The notes under the pieces: model-generated | Databases searched by the model: none | Seen by the model: the letters and a program-made list of their open reading frames with translations, nothing else | What the model was told of the DNA's origin: nothing | Source: Basidiobolus meristosporus CBS 931.73 | Lineage: Eukaryota > Fungi > Basidiobolomycota | DNA: 64,000 nt | Direction of reading: 5' to 3' | NCBI GenBank assembly: GCA_002104905.1 | Contig: MCFE01000419.1 | Location: 14,216 to 78,215, forward strand | Position numbers and translations under genes: made by a program | In this document: piece after piece, positions 48,906 through 61,453 of the stretch | How positions within the stretch are numbered: position 1 is the stretch's first letter | How the letters are laid out: each line of letters opens with the position of its first letter

Positions 48906-51900
48906 ATGGATTTTGAGCCTATCTCCCATAACAACAGTACCACATATGAGCCCGGTCAAATCCCTCTATGCAATGAGGCAACACCTGTTGAAACAAATGC
49001 CAAGGATACTCTATCGAGCCAAATGAGCCCAGTAATCCATCTACTTGTAAATGATGTAATATTGTGGCTGGAGAAGTGGCATGTTTCCACTAATATCAGT
49101 AATGGGGGCTTTGAGGATTTATTACTACTTCTTGCCATAATCATACTGGATGCAACTTACCATGCACATGGTACAAGTGGACAACCATCATGTGGCAGGC
49201 AACATATGATTCAGAGACTGTCCTGATTCCAGCATGTGTTAATATCTGCATGGCATTCACATCCAAAAATGCTGCCATTGCATGTGTCCATATTGTCATG
49301 AATCCACCACCATTGAGGGAAAACATTGTTCACACACCAGCTATATTCCAGTCATAACCCATCTGAGAAAGCTGATGCAGTCCAACAAATATTGCAAAGC
49401 TATACAGTACCACTGTAGTGGGGTCACAATGACACTCACTGACAGATGTGCTCATTCCCATATTTTCTACTTCCCTACATCTCTACTACACTTATTTTAG
49501 TTTTATCCCATTTGTCTTACCTGATCAGTACTATCCCATAAGCCAGTCAACTATCACACCTGCTTACCATATTGCATAAGTTATCCCTCACTTTATGTAA
49601 GATTACCAGCTGTAAGTGCTTCTATATTAGGCAGGTACCCACGCCAGTACTGGTGACAAATGATCAGCCCCTGTCACCATCCCTATCATTTCCATACTGT
49701 ATATGGTATCCCTATGTTACACAGGTTTCAAGGTACTGATTCCTGATTGGCTGGATGTGCTGTGCCTCTTAGAGCCTTCTGGCACCTACATAGAACATTC
49801 TTAGGTCATTCTGATGTTGTTAAGATTTTGATTGATATCCAGAACCTTCTGGAACACCATGATTAGTAATGAGTTAGCCAGTAAGAAAAGTATATAAGGG
49901 AGGCTATCCCTCAACAATAAATCATCATCCCTTTTATCAATATACCAACTTGTTGACTAGTGTGATCACTGCTACCTGCTGCTACCCAAACTTCCAACCC
50001 CAGACCGTAAGACACTCCCAGGAAACCGCGCTGACAGCCAACTGACCTTGGAGGCACTACTTGTGAGGAATACTCAGAGTAGGTATCTTTTAATATATTT
50101 GATTCTTTCCCAAGTTTGTTCTTGTACAGGCAAAGATACTTTTTTGACTTTGTAACTATTGACCACAGCTGCATTCTTATCAAGTCCCTGGTGGTAGAGT
50201 TTGTAGTTGTTTTGACTTTGGAAGCTTTAGTACATTGTCATCTTAAAGGGCAATGAACCCAGCGCACACTTTTGTTAAGATGCCAACTAAGTTGGGGATT
50301 GTAGCTCAATAGTTTTCCCTTGACATGCTTGTGGCTTTCTTCTCCATCACAATAGATTAGAGACAGAACCCAAGTATTCCTAGCAAGTTTTTGCCAGAGG
50401 TTATTGCACACAGTGAACACCCCACACAAAACACCTGAGAAGTGTTGGACATATCTCTCCCTAGGACTTATACACCACCACATTGCACTGAGTATCAATC
50501 AAGCGCAAACATAACCAATATATTCAACAGCAAACATTACAAACAGCAAAGAAGTAAAGGCTACTTTAAAGGTATGTATGAGCAATAGTCTGATGGTAGT
50601 CTCACTGGTATCTGGGCCTAAATCACCATCCAACCTGGATAGCTACCTGTGTCCATTGCTTGATGAATTTCATATGCTTTCCAGTGGGATATCAGCAAAT
50701 GGCTGTCATGGAAAAGTGCATATTATTATCTGCATTAAAGATATCCCAGCCATCAGCAAGGTGGCAGGCTCTTCCAGGCTCAATGGATGGTATTGAGGTC
50801 AAATGTGTGAGATCCAGGGGACTTACTCCATCACTCACACACATTATTATTACCCAAATACCAGCACTAAGAACATCATCTTTCCACAGAGAGAACATAC
50901 AGAAGTCAGTATGCAATTGCAGCAAAGTTGGCAAGCTATATGCCATTGGCCAGAATATGGAATAAATTGGAAACCAGAAATACTTAAGATAGAGGGTATC
51001 TGTTGGAGCAAAAGCTTTTCACTGGGAGCAATGCATTTGCTTTTCAACAATATGCCTGTACTGATGACCAAGTTGTACATGGGGCATTTCAAGCTAGATG
51101 AACCCTTTGAGATACCGGAAAAATTTGAAAGAATTGGCAAGATATTACAGAGTATCTGCTCCCCTAAGTACTTTGCATAGGCTCCAATTAATACTCATAG
51201 ACATATGCAGTAATACAAATGCAAAGACTGGACAAACTGGATATGTATTTATTCAGGTGATGTTTGGAAGCCAATCCTACCAAGAGTACATTGGAAGCAT
51301 TGGGAGTCACATGTGGACATTGTAGCAGTGTTTATCCAGAAGCAGATGACCAATGCCAACTTGACACATCTACAGCTGTTGCGCGAGGAGATTGTGACAG
51401 GATTTGAGTGGCTACACTACAACATAAAGCTGTACATGTAGATCTCTGCCACTACTGTATCCATTCTCTTCTCCATCTTGCACAGTGTGTGTAGAATATT
51501 GGGCCTTGCTTCACCATTTGGGAGTTTCCTATTGAGCACATGTGTAGGGAGATAGGAAGACAAGTCAAGTTGTAGGTACCACCATATCTCAGTATCATCA
51601 AGAATATTACCTTGAAGTCCATCATGGTTGTGATGTGTTGGCACATGGAGGACAGCCAGGAAGAGTTAAAAAATACCAAAGGCAAATGTGCATATGGAGA
51701 CACCTATGCCTATGGCATTTAGATGCTAAGCAGCCTAAATGCATGGGTAATCAGTTAAGTAATGCAAAATTGGGTTGAGTGCAACAAGCAACTAATTTTT
51801 ATCAGGAAAACTCTACCAAGATATGCAGGATTTCTTATGGTCACAAGCCAACTTCCACACCATTCAATATGGAGTTCACACAGACAAGAGCCAGAGCCCA

Positions 51901-52140
51901 CCTATAAGGGGGACTAGAGTCCGGCAGGGAGAAGCAATATATTGGCCAAGTACCAAGAAGTTCTTTGCCAATATTCAGGAGGTATTTATGGCAGTAGTAG
52001 CAACAACCAAGCATATGTTTGCCAGATGTATATGTTACCAGCAGTACAAGGTATATGGCAACTTTGCAACTAGCACACTCAATAGCTCTAAAGTTAAGGT
52101 GATGGAAGTATGTCAATTGCGGCAGGAGTGTATGTTTGTA
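48906..52140 (+). pseudogene. CACTA/En-Spm-type transposase (Transposase_21-like), decayed
   Basis: Fragments CPYCHES, YIPVITHLRKLMQ, SLVSGPKSPSNLDSYLCPLLDEFHML and KDIPAISKVAG...CQMCEIQG match the GP..P.D.DSFL.PL.DE / D.PA..K..G...C..C pattern of this family. About 1.1 kb of unrelated DNA interrupts it. Confidence 0.75.
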
Positions 52141-52179
52141 GAGGTTAGTACGCAGGAGGCAATAGTTTTTTTTTGATTC

Positions 52180-52593
52180 ATACTATTATGGTCCAACCTA
52201 GAAAGCTATCTGTATCCACTCCTGGATGAATTTTGTAAGCTTCCCAGCTGGATACTAATACATGGCTGCTATGTCAAAATGTATATTAGCATCCGCATTG
52301 GAGATGCCCCTATCATCAGCAATATACCCAGCTTTCCCAAGCACAATAGATGGTATTGCTGTCAAATCTGTGAGATACAGGGGATTTACTCCATTACTTT
52401 CACACATTATCATTATTCAAGCACCAACACTCAGAACATAATCTTCTCACAGAGAAAATGTATAGAAGACCACATGCAATTATAGTAAAGTGATAAGCTA
52501 TAAGTCAATAGTTAGAATATGGAATTAGTTGGAAACTGGTGACACTTGAGTTAGATAGAACTTGTTGCAGCAAAAGCTTTCCACCGGGAGCAA
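52180..52593 (+). pseudogene. Second, diverged fragment of the same CACTA transposase segment
   Basis: Colinear with ~50620-51035 (ccaacctagaaagctatctgtatccactcctggatgaattt versus ccaacctggatagctacctgtgtccattgcttgatgaattt). Cut by Gypsy B at 52594. Confidence 0.8.
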
Positions 52594-53269
52594 TGTGGTA
52601 ATGAAAAGTATTCCATTACTACAATATCTCTAAACCAATATTGCACTCATTTCTTTATTTTGCTTTTTGCTATCGTAATACACAAGAGAAAGATCAAGAA
52701 ATTCCAACTTTGAAGAGCAAATGCTCCAGACCCTGACAAGCAATCCACCCAAGAATATTATGTCATACAGAACACGTAGTAGCCAACACATGTTTCAAAT
52801 TACAGCTCATTTGAAGCAGTACTTAAGGAGTTATGACCAAAAGAGTCCAACTATTATATATACTATGCCTTATTGCTAGGATTACTATGGTGACTTTGAT
52901 CGCGTGTAACTTTCGAACCAGCCAATCAAATCACGTGATATTTTCACAGGTGCTGCGCCTATGTCCGATCTGCGCCACTGCAAAATTTTAGCTTTGTATC
53001 ACGTGTATTGCTTGCGCAATCGCCCAAAAACTTTGATCCTTCAAGATTTTCATATATATGACTTCCCCAGCTGAAAAATAAAAGAGAGCCTCTCTTTCCA
53101 GAATCTCCACACTACAATTACAAGTTTAAAGGTTATAAGACTTCCCCTGCATCACTTGCACTGTTGAGTATTCTGACTTTGATCAGTACTACATCAGTAA
53201 AGAGACTGCAAAGCTCACAAGAATCCAATCTAAGTTCTACAAGAAACTACCACTTTTCTGTCGGAAAAG

Positions 53270-53520
53270 TCCCCTCTAAGAAACCCCTTTACTCTAAAGA
53301 CACCCCTTTAGACACCCCTTTAGTCTAAAGACACCTTTAGAGACCCCTTTAAGAAACCCCTTTACTCTAAAGAAGCCCCTTTAGGCACCCCTTTAGTGTA
53401 AAGTCCACTTTAGAGACCACTACAAGAAGCCCCTTTACTCTAAAGACACCCCTTTAGACACCCCTTTAGGTCTAAAGACCCCTTTAGAGACTTCTACAAC
53501 ACACCCCTTTAGGTTGAAGG
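53270..53520 (+). repeat. Degenerate CCCCTTT-core minisatellite inside LTR B (also ~62940-63170 and in the minus-strand LTR fragment)
   Basis: About a dozen units such as agacacccctttag, aagaaaccccttt and actctaaag. A 14-bp unit differs between the two LTRs. Confidence 0.85.
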
Positions 53521-56500
53521 GGAGTTCAGAATTTCCATATCAGGAAATATTTTCTCAGAAAGGAAAGTGACTTCCAAATAAGGAAAAGTTACTATAAAAG
53601 TAAATAAGCCCATTAGTCAACAGAAGGTCAGAACACTGCTGTAGAAGTGATAAACACTGCCTACAGTATATTTTGAGCCCAAGATTGAGGAAATAGTGAA
53701 AGTTATATCTTCTATTGGTATATCAAACTCCCAATAAACTATTTCAGTAATAGCATACTGGAAGTTGTTGTATATTGTTGATTAGCCTCTACATTGTAGA
53801 ACAAGCCCCAAACTAATCATAATACAACACAACAAGAATTTGGTGGAGGACCTGGGTAGTTTGAACCTTTCACTATACAAGCATCAAGAAACGTTACAAG
53901 AATGACCAATACACCACTCCCAGAGTTAATAGCCACTTTTAAAGGTGCCATTCCAGTAAAATTCTCAGGAGAGAATGTTACTGAGTTTCTAGAGGAGTTT
54001 AACGATATAGCTGCAGCATTTGAGCTATCACACAAGAACAAAATCCAGTTGTTTCCCTTTCTCTGTGAAGTTGAAGTTTCAAGATTCTTACAAAGTTTGG
54101 ACCCATTTAAGATATCTGTTGGCGCTAACTATAACTGGGACACTGCTCAACAAGCTATTTTAGCTGAATACCAAAAAGAAGCACAGTTTGTTACACTAAA
54201 TGAGCTAGAAATGCCTTACGACAAGACCCAACCCTTGCAGAAGTACATTCAAAAGTTTGAGTCAAAAGCAAGGCATGTTGAAGCAGCTATTGGAATCCAA
54301 GATTTTATCAAAGAACCTATTTTCTGATGAATATGCCTCCTGAAATACGTAATGCCATTAGCCACCAAGCTCAGGCTACAAGCTCCTACAACAATGTTAA
54401 ACAAATGGTGTTAAACTATCAATCAGGGAGACAAGTCATGGATTCCATTAATATTCAAATGAAGATTTCCACTCCAGCTAAACAAATTCTTCATTGTACA
54501 AATAACCCACAAAGTGATCAGGTTAATGAATTAATTGATGCATTAGGAAAACTGACGCTTAAGTTGGACTCTCAAAGTGTACCATCATCAAGCATCAACA
54601 AGGCAAGACCAGAAAATCCCAAAACAACCAGTAATTATTCACAGCAAACCAAATATTGTGTGTACTGTGAATCTGCTGAGCATAGCTGTTATGGTTGTCA
54701 AATATTGAATATTGATATTGACAGTCATAAGGTTATGATTGATTGTTATGGGAAGATCTGTGATATTGCTGGAAACCCCTTGCCTATCAACAGAGGTTAT
54801 GGTGGAATGAGGTCCTATGTACTTGCTCAAGAAGAATCAAGTAAAAACACCAAGACATCAAATTTCATACAAATCCAAAAGACTGCAGAAATTCCAAGCA
54901 ATGAACGTTACGTACTCACAATATCAGATCCATCAGGGCAGGTCCAAGAACATCTAATGGAAAAAGAGGAAGTTGAAGAGTTTAATTGCCTTATTGATAA
55001 GAGAAAGTATGTTTCTACAGAGAACAATCCTAAAAAAGTGTGTACCGACAAAAGAAATCAGCCAATTGTTGAAATACCAGTACAGCCAGAAACATCAAAA
55101 ATCCAAAAAGAACACTTGCAACCTCAATCTAAGTATGATACTACTGCAATTACACAGAAAGTTATCGACAAATTCTGGAAATCTCCATTTCCACAACTTA
55201 CAAATCAAGAAATGTACACCGCCATCAACAATATCAGTCAACTACTACCAGAAATGGTTAAGCCTATGAACAAAGATATCCTGAAGAATTATCAAGAACA
55301 GTCATCAACAACGTTATCAAGTGAACAACTACAATTTGAAGTAGAAAAAGCCTTTTACTCTATAACAACAGGAAGCTATGCTGCTACAATCAACAATGTT
55401 GAAGTGGAATGTGTTTTTGATTCTGGATCAGAAATCAATGCTATCACCGCTATGACTTTTGAAAAAATCAAATTGCCATTGACAGAAGTTGACTGGAATA
55501 TGAGAACTGCTACAGGTGCAACAGAGAAGATGCTTGGACTTTGTCACTCTGTACCAATTGAAATTGGAGGAATCAGGGTTACTTCTCCCTTTTTCATTGT
55601 TGCCAATGGACCCACTTTTGAAGTATTGTTGGGACAACCATATGAGAGAAAATCTCTTCTACAAGCTGATAATAGACCTGATGGAAGCTTATGGCTGACA
55701 ATCACATCTGACGATCAAAAAAGAAGGGCAACCTTTTGTGCAGCAGAAGAGAATAATCCAAGAAATGCAGACACCATTCCAGTACAGAACATACAGGTTC
55801 ATAAGGATATTTTGTTTTATGATCAACACTTCATTCCATCGACAACAAGTAAGACAAATACCAAGTATAAGCCAGTTGCATTGAAAGCAAAGCCAGTATC
55901 TACTGGAATCTCACCATCTGCCCACGACAATCCTCAAATGGAGCCTTTGCACAAATATGACAAAATCAGACTCACAGAAGAGAAGCTCAAGGAGTTGGCT
56001 ATTGGTACTACTCTTTCCACAGAGGAGAGAAGTCTCTTTTTGACTATGCTACAACGCTATGACAATGTCTTTGCATTTAATGATGCACAAAGAGGATGTT
56101 TATCCACAGAGCTATTTCCACCGGTTAAGATCCATACCGTTGAACATACACCATGGGCACTGAGATCATATCCTATTCCCTCAAGATTACTGAACAAAGT
56201 AATTGAAATGCTACAATCAAGATTTCAAAGTGGAGTCATTGAATATAGCTATGGACCTTATCGCAATCCCTGGTTTACACCGTTGAAGAAAAATGGAAGT
56301 CTACGGTTTATTCAAGACGTACAGCATTTGAATAAGGTCACCATCAAAGATGCTATGCAACCACCCATACGACATGAGTATATTGAGTCATTTACTGGAT
56401 ATCCTCTGATTACAACATTGGATCTTTATTCAGGATATGACCAAATACTTCTGGATCCTACCTCAAGAGATTTCACTGCTATGGATACACCAATAGGACT

Positions 56501-58968
56501 CATAAGGATGACAAGAATTCCTCAAGGATGGACAAACTCTGTCCAAAATTATCAACGTGCAATGATTCGAGTTTTGGATGACTGTTTCCCTGAGATATGC
56601 CGACCATTTCTTGATGACATTGCAGTTAAGAATAAGTCCAGAGAAAAAGATACATTGCATGTCTTACCTCAAGTAAGAAGATATGTTTATGATCACATAA
56701 GCACAGTTGAGAGGGTCATGAAGTAACTTCAAGCTTCTGGTCTGACTGTATCAGGAGCCAAATGCAAGTTTGGCTACGACAAAGCAATCATTCTAGGTGA
56801 ACTTGTTACTGAAAAAGGGAGATTGCCTGATCCTGCAAAACTTTCATCGGCACTGAATTGGAAGCCACCAAGGAATATTCATCAAGTCAGACAATTATTA
56901 GGACTTACTGGTCTATTCAGAATCTGGATCAAGAACTATGCTCAAATTGCTAAGCCACTGACTCAGTTATTACAGAAAAACCAGAAATTTGAATGGCATG
57001 AAGAACAGGCAAATGCTATGTTGACATTGCTTGAGTCATTATCAAAGCCACCTGTCTTAGCAGCTATAGACTACAGTGTTATTGATTCACAACCAATCAT
57101 TGTATCAGTTGATAGCTCTGGAATTGGGGTTGGTGGAATCATGATTCAAGTTTCAAAAGATCATCATCGACAACCTTGCAAATATCTTAGCAGACTATTC
57201 AAAGGGAATGAGCTTAACTATCCATCTATCAAGAAAGAAGCACTGGGAGTACTCTATGTACTCAAAAAGCTAAAGCCATACTTATTAGGAGTACTCTTCA
57301 CACTGGAGGTTGATGCCAAGCCATTATTAGGAATGTTGAATAAGTTGGAGCTTTTGCCTGATCCTATTCTAGCACGGTGGATATCATACATCCAGATCTT
57401 TGACTTTATGCTGCAACACATACCAGGAGCCAATCACAAAGGACCTGATGCCTTATCTAGAAAGCAACCAAATTCACCGTACTCAACTGATGATGATGAG
57501 ATTGATGAGTTTCTTGAAAACACTAGTCTTGGATTCTCATTCAGACATATGATACAGAGCAATTATCAACAAATCAAGGAATTTCTTACATCACTCAAAG
57601 TTCCTGCTGATATTCCCACAAATCAACGCACAAATTTTAAAAGGAAGGCTCTGAAGTTTTTACTGCATGACAGCACACTTTTCAGAAAAAGCAACATGGA
57701 GTTCCTTGATGGTATATACATAACAAGCATGATCAAGAGAAGATCATTCAAGAATTGCATGAATCTGAATCAGGAGGTCATAAGGGAATTACATCAACAT
57801 ATGCAAAAATCTCCTTACGGTATTTTTGGCCAACACTGTACACCAACACAAAAGAATATGTGAAATCATGTATTCCATGTCAAAGAAGAGACAACCAAAA
57901 GATGCATGAACCACTTCACAGTATATACACATCTTATGCTTAGCAAATTGCACATGTGGATATTATACATTTACCAAGGGCAACAGCTGGGTATAAGTAT
58001 GTGGTGGACTGTTGTGATAACTTTACTGGTTGGATAGAGGCTAGAATGCTGAAACAAGCCAATGCAAAAGCAGTAGCAAGATTTCTCAAAGAAGATGTAT
58101 ATCTCAGACATGCTTCAGTTGGCACCCTTATTGCAGACAATGGAGAATGTGGATCTTATGAAATACAAGCACTAGCGACAAAGCATGGAACCAAGCTTAT
58201 ACATACTACTCCATATCACCCACAAGCAAATTCACCAGTTGAACGTGGACATTCTGCTTTTGCAAACACATTAGCAAAGCTTAGCTATGAAGAACCCAAC
58301 AAATGGGCAAATAACTTTCATGCAGCAATTTGGTCTGATAGAGTCACGGTTAAAAGAAGTACAGGGTACACACCATTTTTTTTAATATATGGACATGAAG
58401 CTGTTTTGATGATAGACATATCTTTTGAGAATTGGCTTACCCTCCCATGGAGACCAACCATGACAACATCAGAGCTATTGCTACCAAGAGTACAACAGTT
58501 TCAACAAGCACACACTCTGCAACAGAATGCAATAGAAAATCTGAAGAAATCCAGAATGGCTGGCAAGGAGTACTTTGACGCTCAAAAATGCCTAAGAGAA
58601 ACATTGTTAGAAGTAGGTGAGTTGATACTACTTCACAACACAAAAAGCCAAAGAAACAAGGCATCCAAGCTGGATATGCAATGGCAAGGTCCCTACAAGA
58701 TCATACATGCAAACAAAAATGGATCTTACAAACTAGCAGAACTTGATGGTACACCACTTGCACTGACACAACCTGGTAACAGATTAGACTTGTTCCGTTG
58801 GATAGTGCCACATAGTGCCAGCCGGTTTATAGTGCCGGATCAATCTGGTACTCTACGGCACTATCTGGCACTATAATTTCTACCATGATGCCAGTGGTAT
58901 GATACAGTTACTGGTAATTTTACTCAATCTTACTTATGTTGCGCAGAATAGTGCTTTCCTTGCTTTAT

Positions 58969-59852
58969 TTACTCTTCATAATGCTCCAGACAAATTTCTC
59001 TCAGTGGATGTCTTCTTGTATGAACATACTGTGCATTGATAAGTATCTTAACTATTTTACCTATTCTGCTGTTTCTCCTAGATATGACTTTCCTCTGTAT
59101 TTACCTGCCAATATGCTGAATCTCTTCAGATATCCAAATGTGTGCTCTACCCTTACTCTGAAATGATTAAATATCTCATTGTAGAGCTTCTGCTTCCTGC
59201 TAAGCACACCATTCCTTGGCTTCCTATAAGCTGTAATACATCCTAATCTCTGACAATCCTCTCCTATATAGGCCAAGTCTGCCATACATTTCTCCCCTCT
59301 ACTGAATTCAGGATGATTCTCTACCCAGAGTGCTTTGTCATGCCTACTTCCAGCAAATGGCCCACTAAACCAGATGATGTTACCCTCAATGTCAGACAGT
59401 GCTTGAAACTTCACACAGTGTGCCTTGTACTTGCCAGAATAAAAGTGCCTCTGCCCTCTAGAAGGTCTGTTAATCCTCACTGGGAAGGTATCCAAAATAC
59501 TCCTGATATGGAACCTGTTGCTGAACACTCCGGGATATGGAAGTCTATTGGAGCTTCTGAACCTAGTATTCCAAGCTTGCTCTAAGTCATTCATACCCTC
59601 TGCAAGGTGGTTCTCCATTGCTGTCAGCTGGGAATGAAAGCTTCTAGGACTTTTGTTGCCATGGATGGTGGGATGAAACCTTGTAGGGCAATAGTTCTTG
59701 TAATAGCAGAGAAGCTTAACAAGGGATCTCCTTGAGTAGATTGGGGTTGATGGTCCACAGTACTTGGAATAGATCTCCTCCAGTGTGTCAAAAGGAAATC
59801 CAGTGGTAGTGATGGGATTGATGAGAAAAGACCATTCAGATGAGTAAGTCAT
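58969..59852 (-). pseudogene. Transposase of copy 2, 1-bp deletion near the C-terminus
   Basis: 884 bp versus 885 bp in copy 1 (ggagaaacagc versus ggagaaaacagc). The reading ends YLGETAE* instead of continuing to LEHYEE*. Confidence 0.9.
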
Positions 59853-60211
59853 ATTAAAATTGATGGATGATTGTATGGAGGCGGTTTGAATCAAATCGGC
59901 GCGATCTGCGTTATTTATCTGATTTTTAACACATTATGGTTAAATCTCCATCAATTGCCATGTATCCCATCATTATGTCGCAAAAATCATCCACAAACAA
60001 TGCCTTGGTACTTTTATTGATGCTTTAATCATAGGCCTATAATCAAATAGGAAATCTGCGATTGATGTGATCTTATCCGTGTCAACACAATCCGAGATGC
60101 ATCATGCATAATATATGGAAAATTCAACAATCACTTTAGTTTTCATATATATTTCATATAAGACCAGGTTGATGCCAATATAATGCTGTATAAGTATCCA
60201 AATCCGTTGCT

Positions 60212-61453
60212 ATGGTCCCCATACCAAGCCTCAACTCATCTTTAGTACAACCCAGACAAAACCCATCCCCCAGCTTACAAGCGTGGTCCGGACCAGAAAA
60301 GTCGATGTCGGATCCGTTTGAGTTCTTGCCAAATGATTTTAGTAAGGCCCAAGTGTCTATGATGAGCCTTCATACAGATATTTGGGCACTACTGATTAAT
60401 CTAGCAGAACTAGATACCTCAGAGAGTCAACAAAGATGGAAGAATTTGAGTAGAAAGCTGTGGCATGAGTTCTACATCAAGATGCCAGCCGATGTATGTA
60501 AAAAGATATATAACAAGACAAGTATTGAAATCAAGAATGAGCTGAGAGTGAGGGGATTTGACAAGGAAGCCGCGCGGGAACAATTTCGCGCGCAATTTGC
60601 ACAGTATGGGCCGGACGCGTCTGTTCGTGCCTCAACTTTGGGAACCAAAGAGATTTTGAATGAGTTTTTGCCTCAAATGACTAATGTACTATGTGATATA
60701 TTAGTAGAGCTAAGTGGCTTCCGAGAGCAATATACACAGGACTCATCCAGGCAACAGCTCCAAAGTATCAGACAGAGGGTAAGTGAATACCTTGAGGAAT
60801 CAGATGGTGAGCTTCAGGAGGAAGAATACAGACCGCAAGCAACATCGTCCAGATTGCACCAGCACGCCTCGCTGGATTCCCTACCATCTCTTGCAACCAC
60901 AGCGCGCCGGTGCACGTCAGTCCAGACCACGCCAACACCCTTTACCAGAACGCCCCGCATTGAGTCAACGCGCGCGCTTCAGAGCAAAACTACCAGAACT
61001 CGCCAAACTGCTCATTTAGACACAAGTCCATTGGAGCGGACCGAGTCGCGTCAACATGCGGCATCACATTGAACTCAGCCAAGGGCCATCTCAACGCGTC
61101 AAGGTGCGCCTGCGCGTGCCCTTTTGCCTGACCATCAGCGAGTTACTTCTGGTGAACTGACTGATGATGACCAACATGAAGTGACTCAACCACCGGAGCC
61201 CTTGGCAAGTAAAAGAACGTGTCAGCACGTGGCACTACAGGCCGGTTCAGTTGGTTCAGTTGGTTCAGTCGGAGCGATTCCGCACGGCCAAGCTGCAGCA
61301 TCACACTCATCAACTAGGAGGCAAAATACTGACTACAAATACACAAGTAGCCAAGATGATAGTCAGCCAGGAAGTAGTATAGGTGTGCAAAGTGAGTCAC
61401 TACCAAATGCTTCAGTAGTAATCCCTGTGAGAAAAAAACCCAGGAGAAGATGA
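60212..61453 (+). pseudogene. ORF2 of copy 2, in-frame TGA at 61070-61072
   Basis: ORFs 60212-61072 and 61124-61453 are colinear with copy 1 ORF2, which has CGA at this codon (45669-45667). Confidence 0.85.

Larger units (their letters stand above)
42230..52593 (+). mobile_element. Decayed CACTA/En-Spm (CMC)-type DNA transposon region; hosts Pangu-like copy 1 and Gypsy B
   Basis: Candidate left terminus CCCTATG with catcac/gtgac subterminal motifs. Transposase fragments on the plus strand, a divergent fragmented ORF on the minus strand. The right end is not in the window. Confidence 0.65.
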
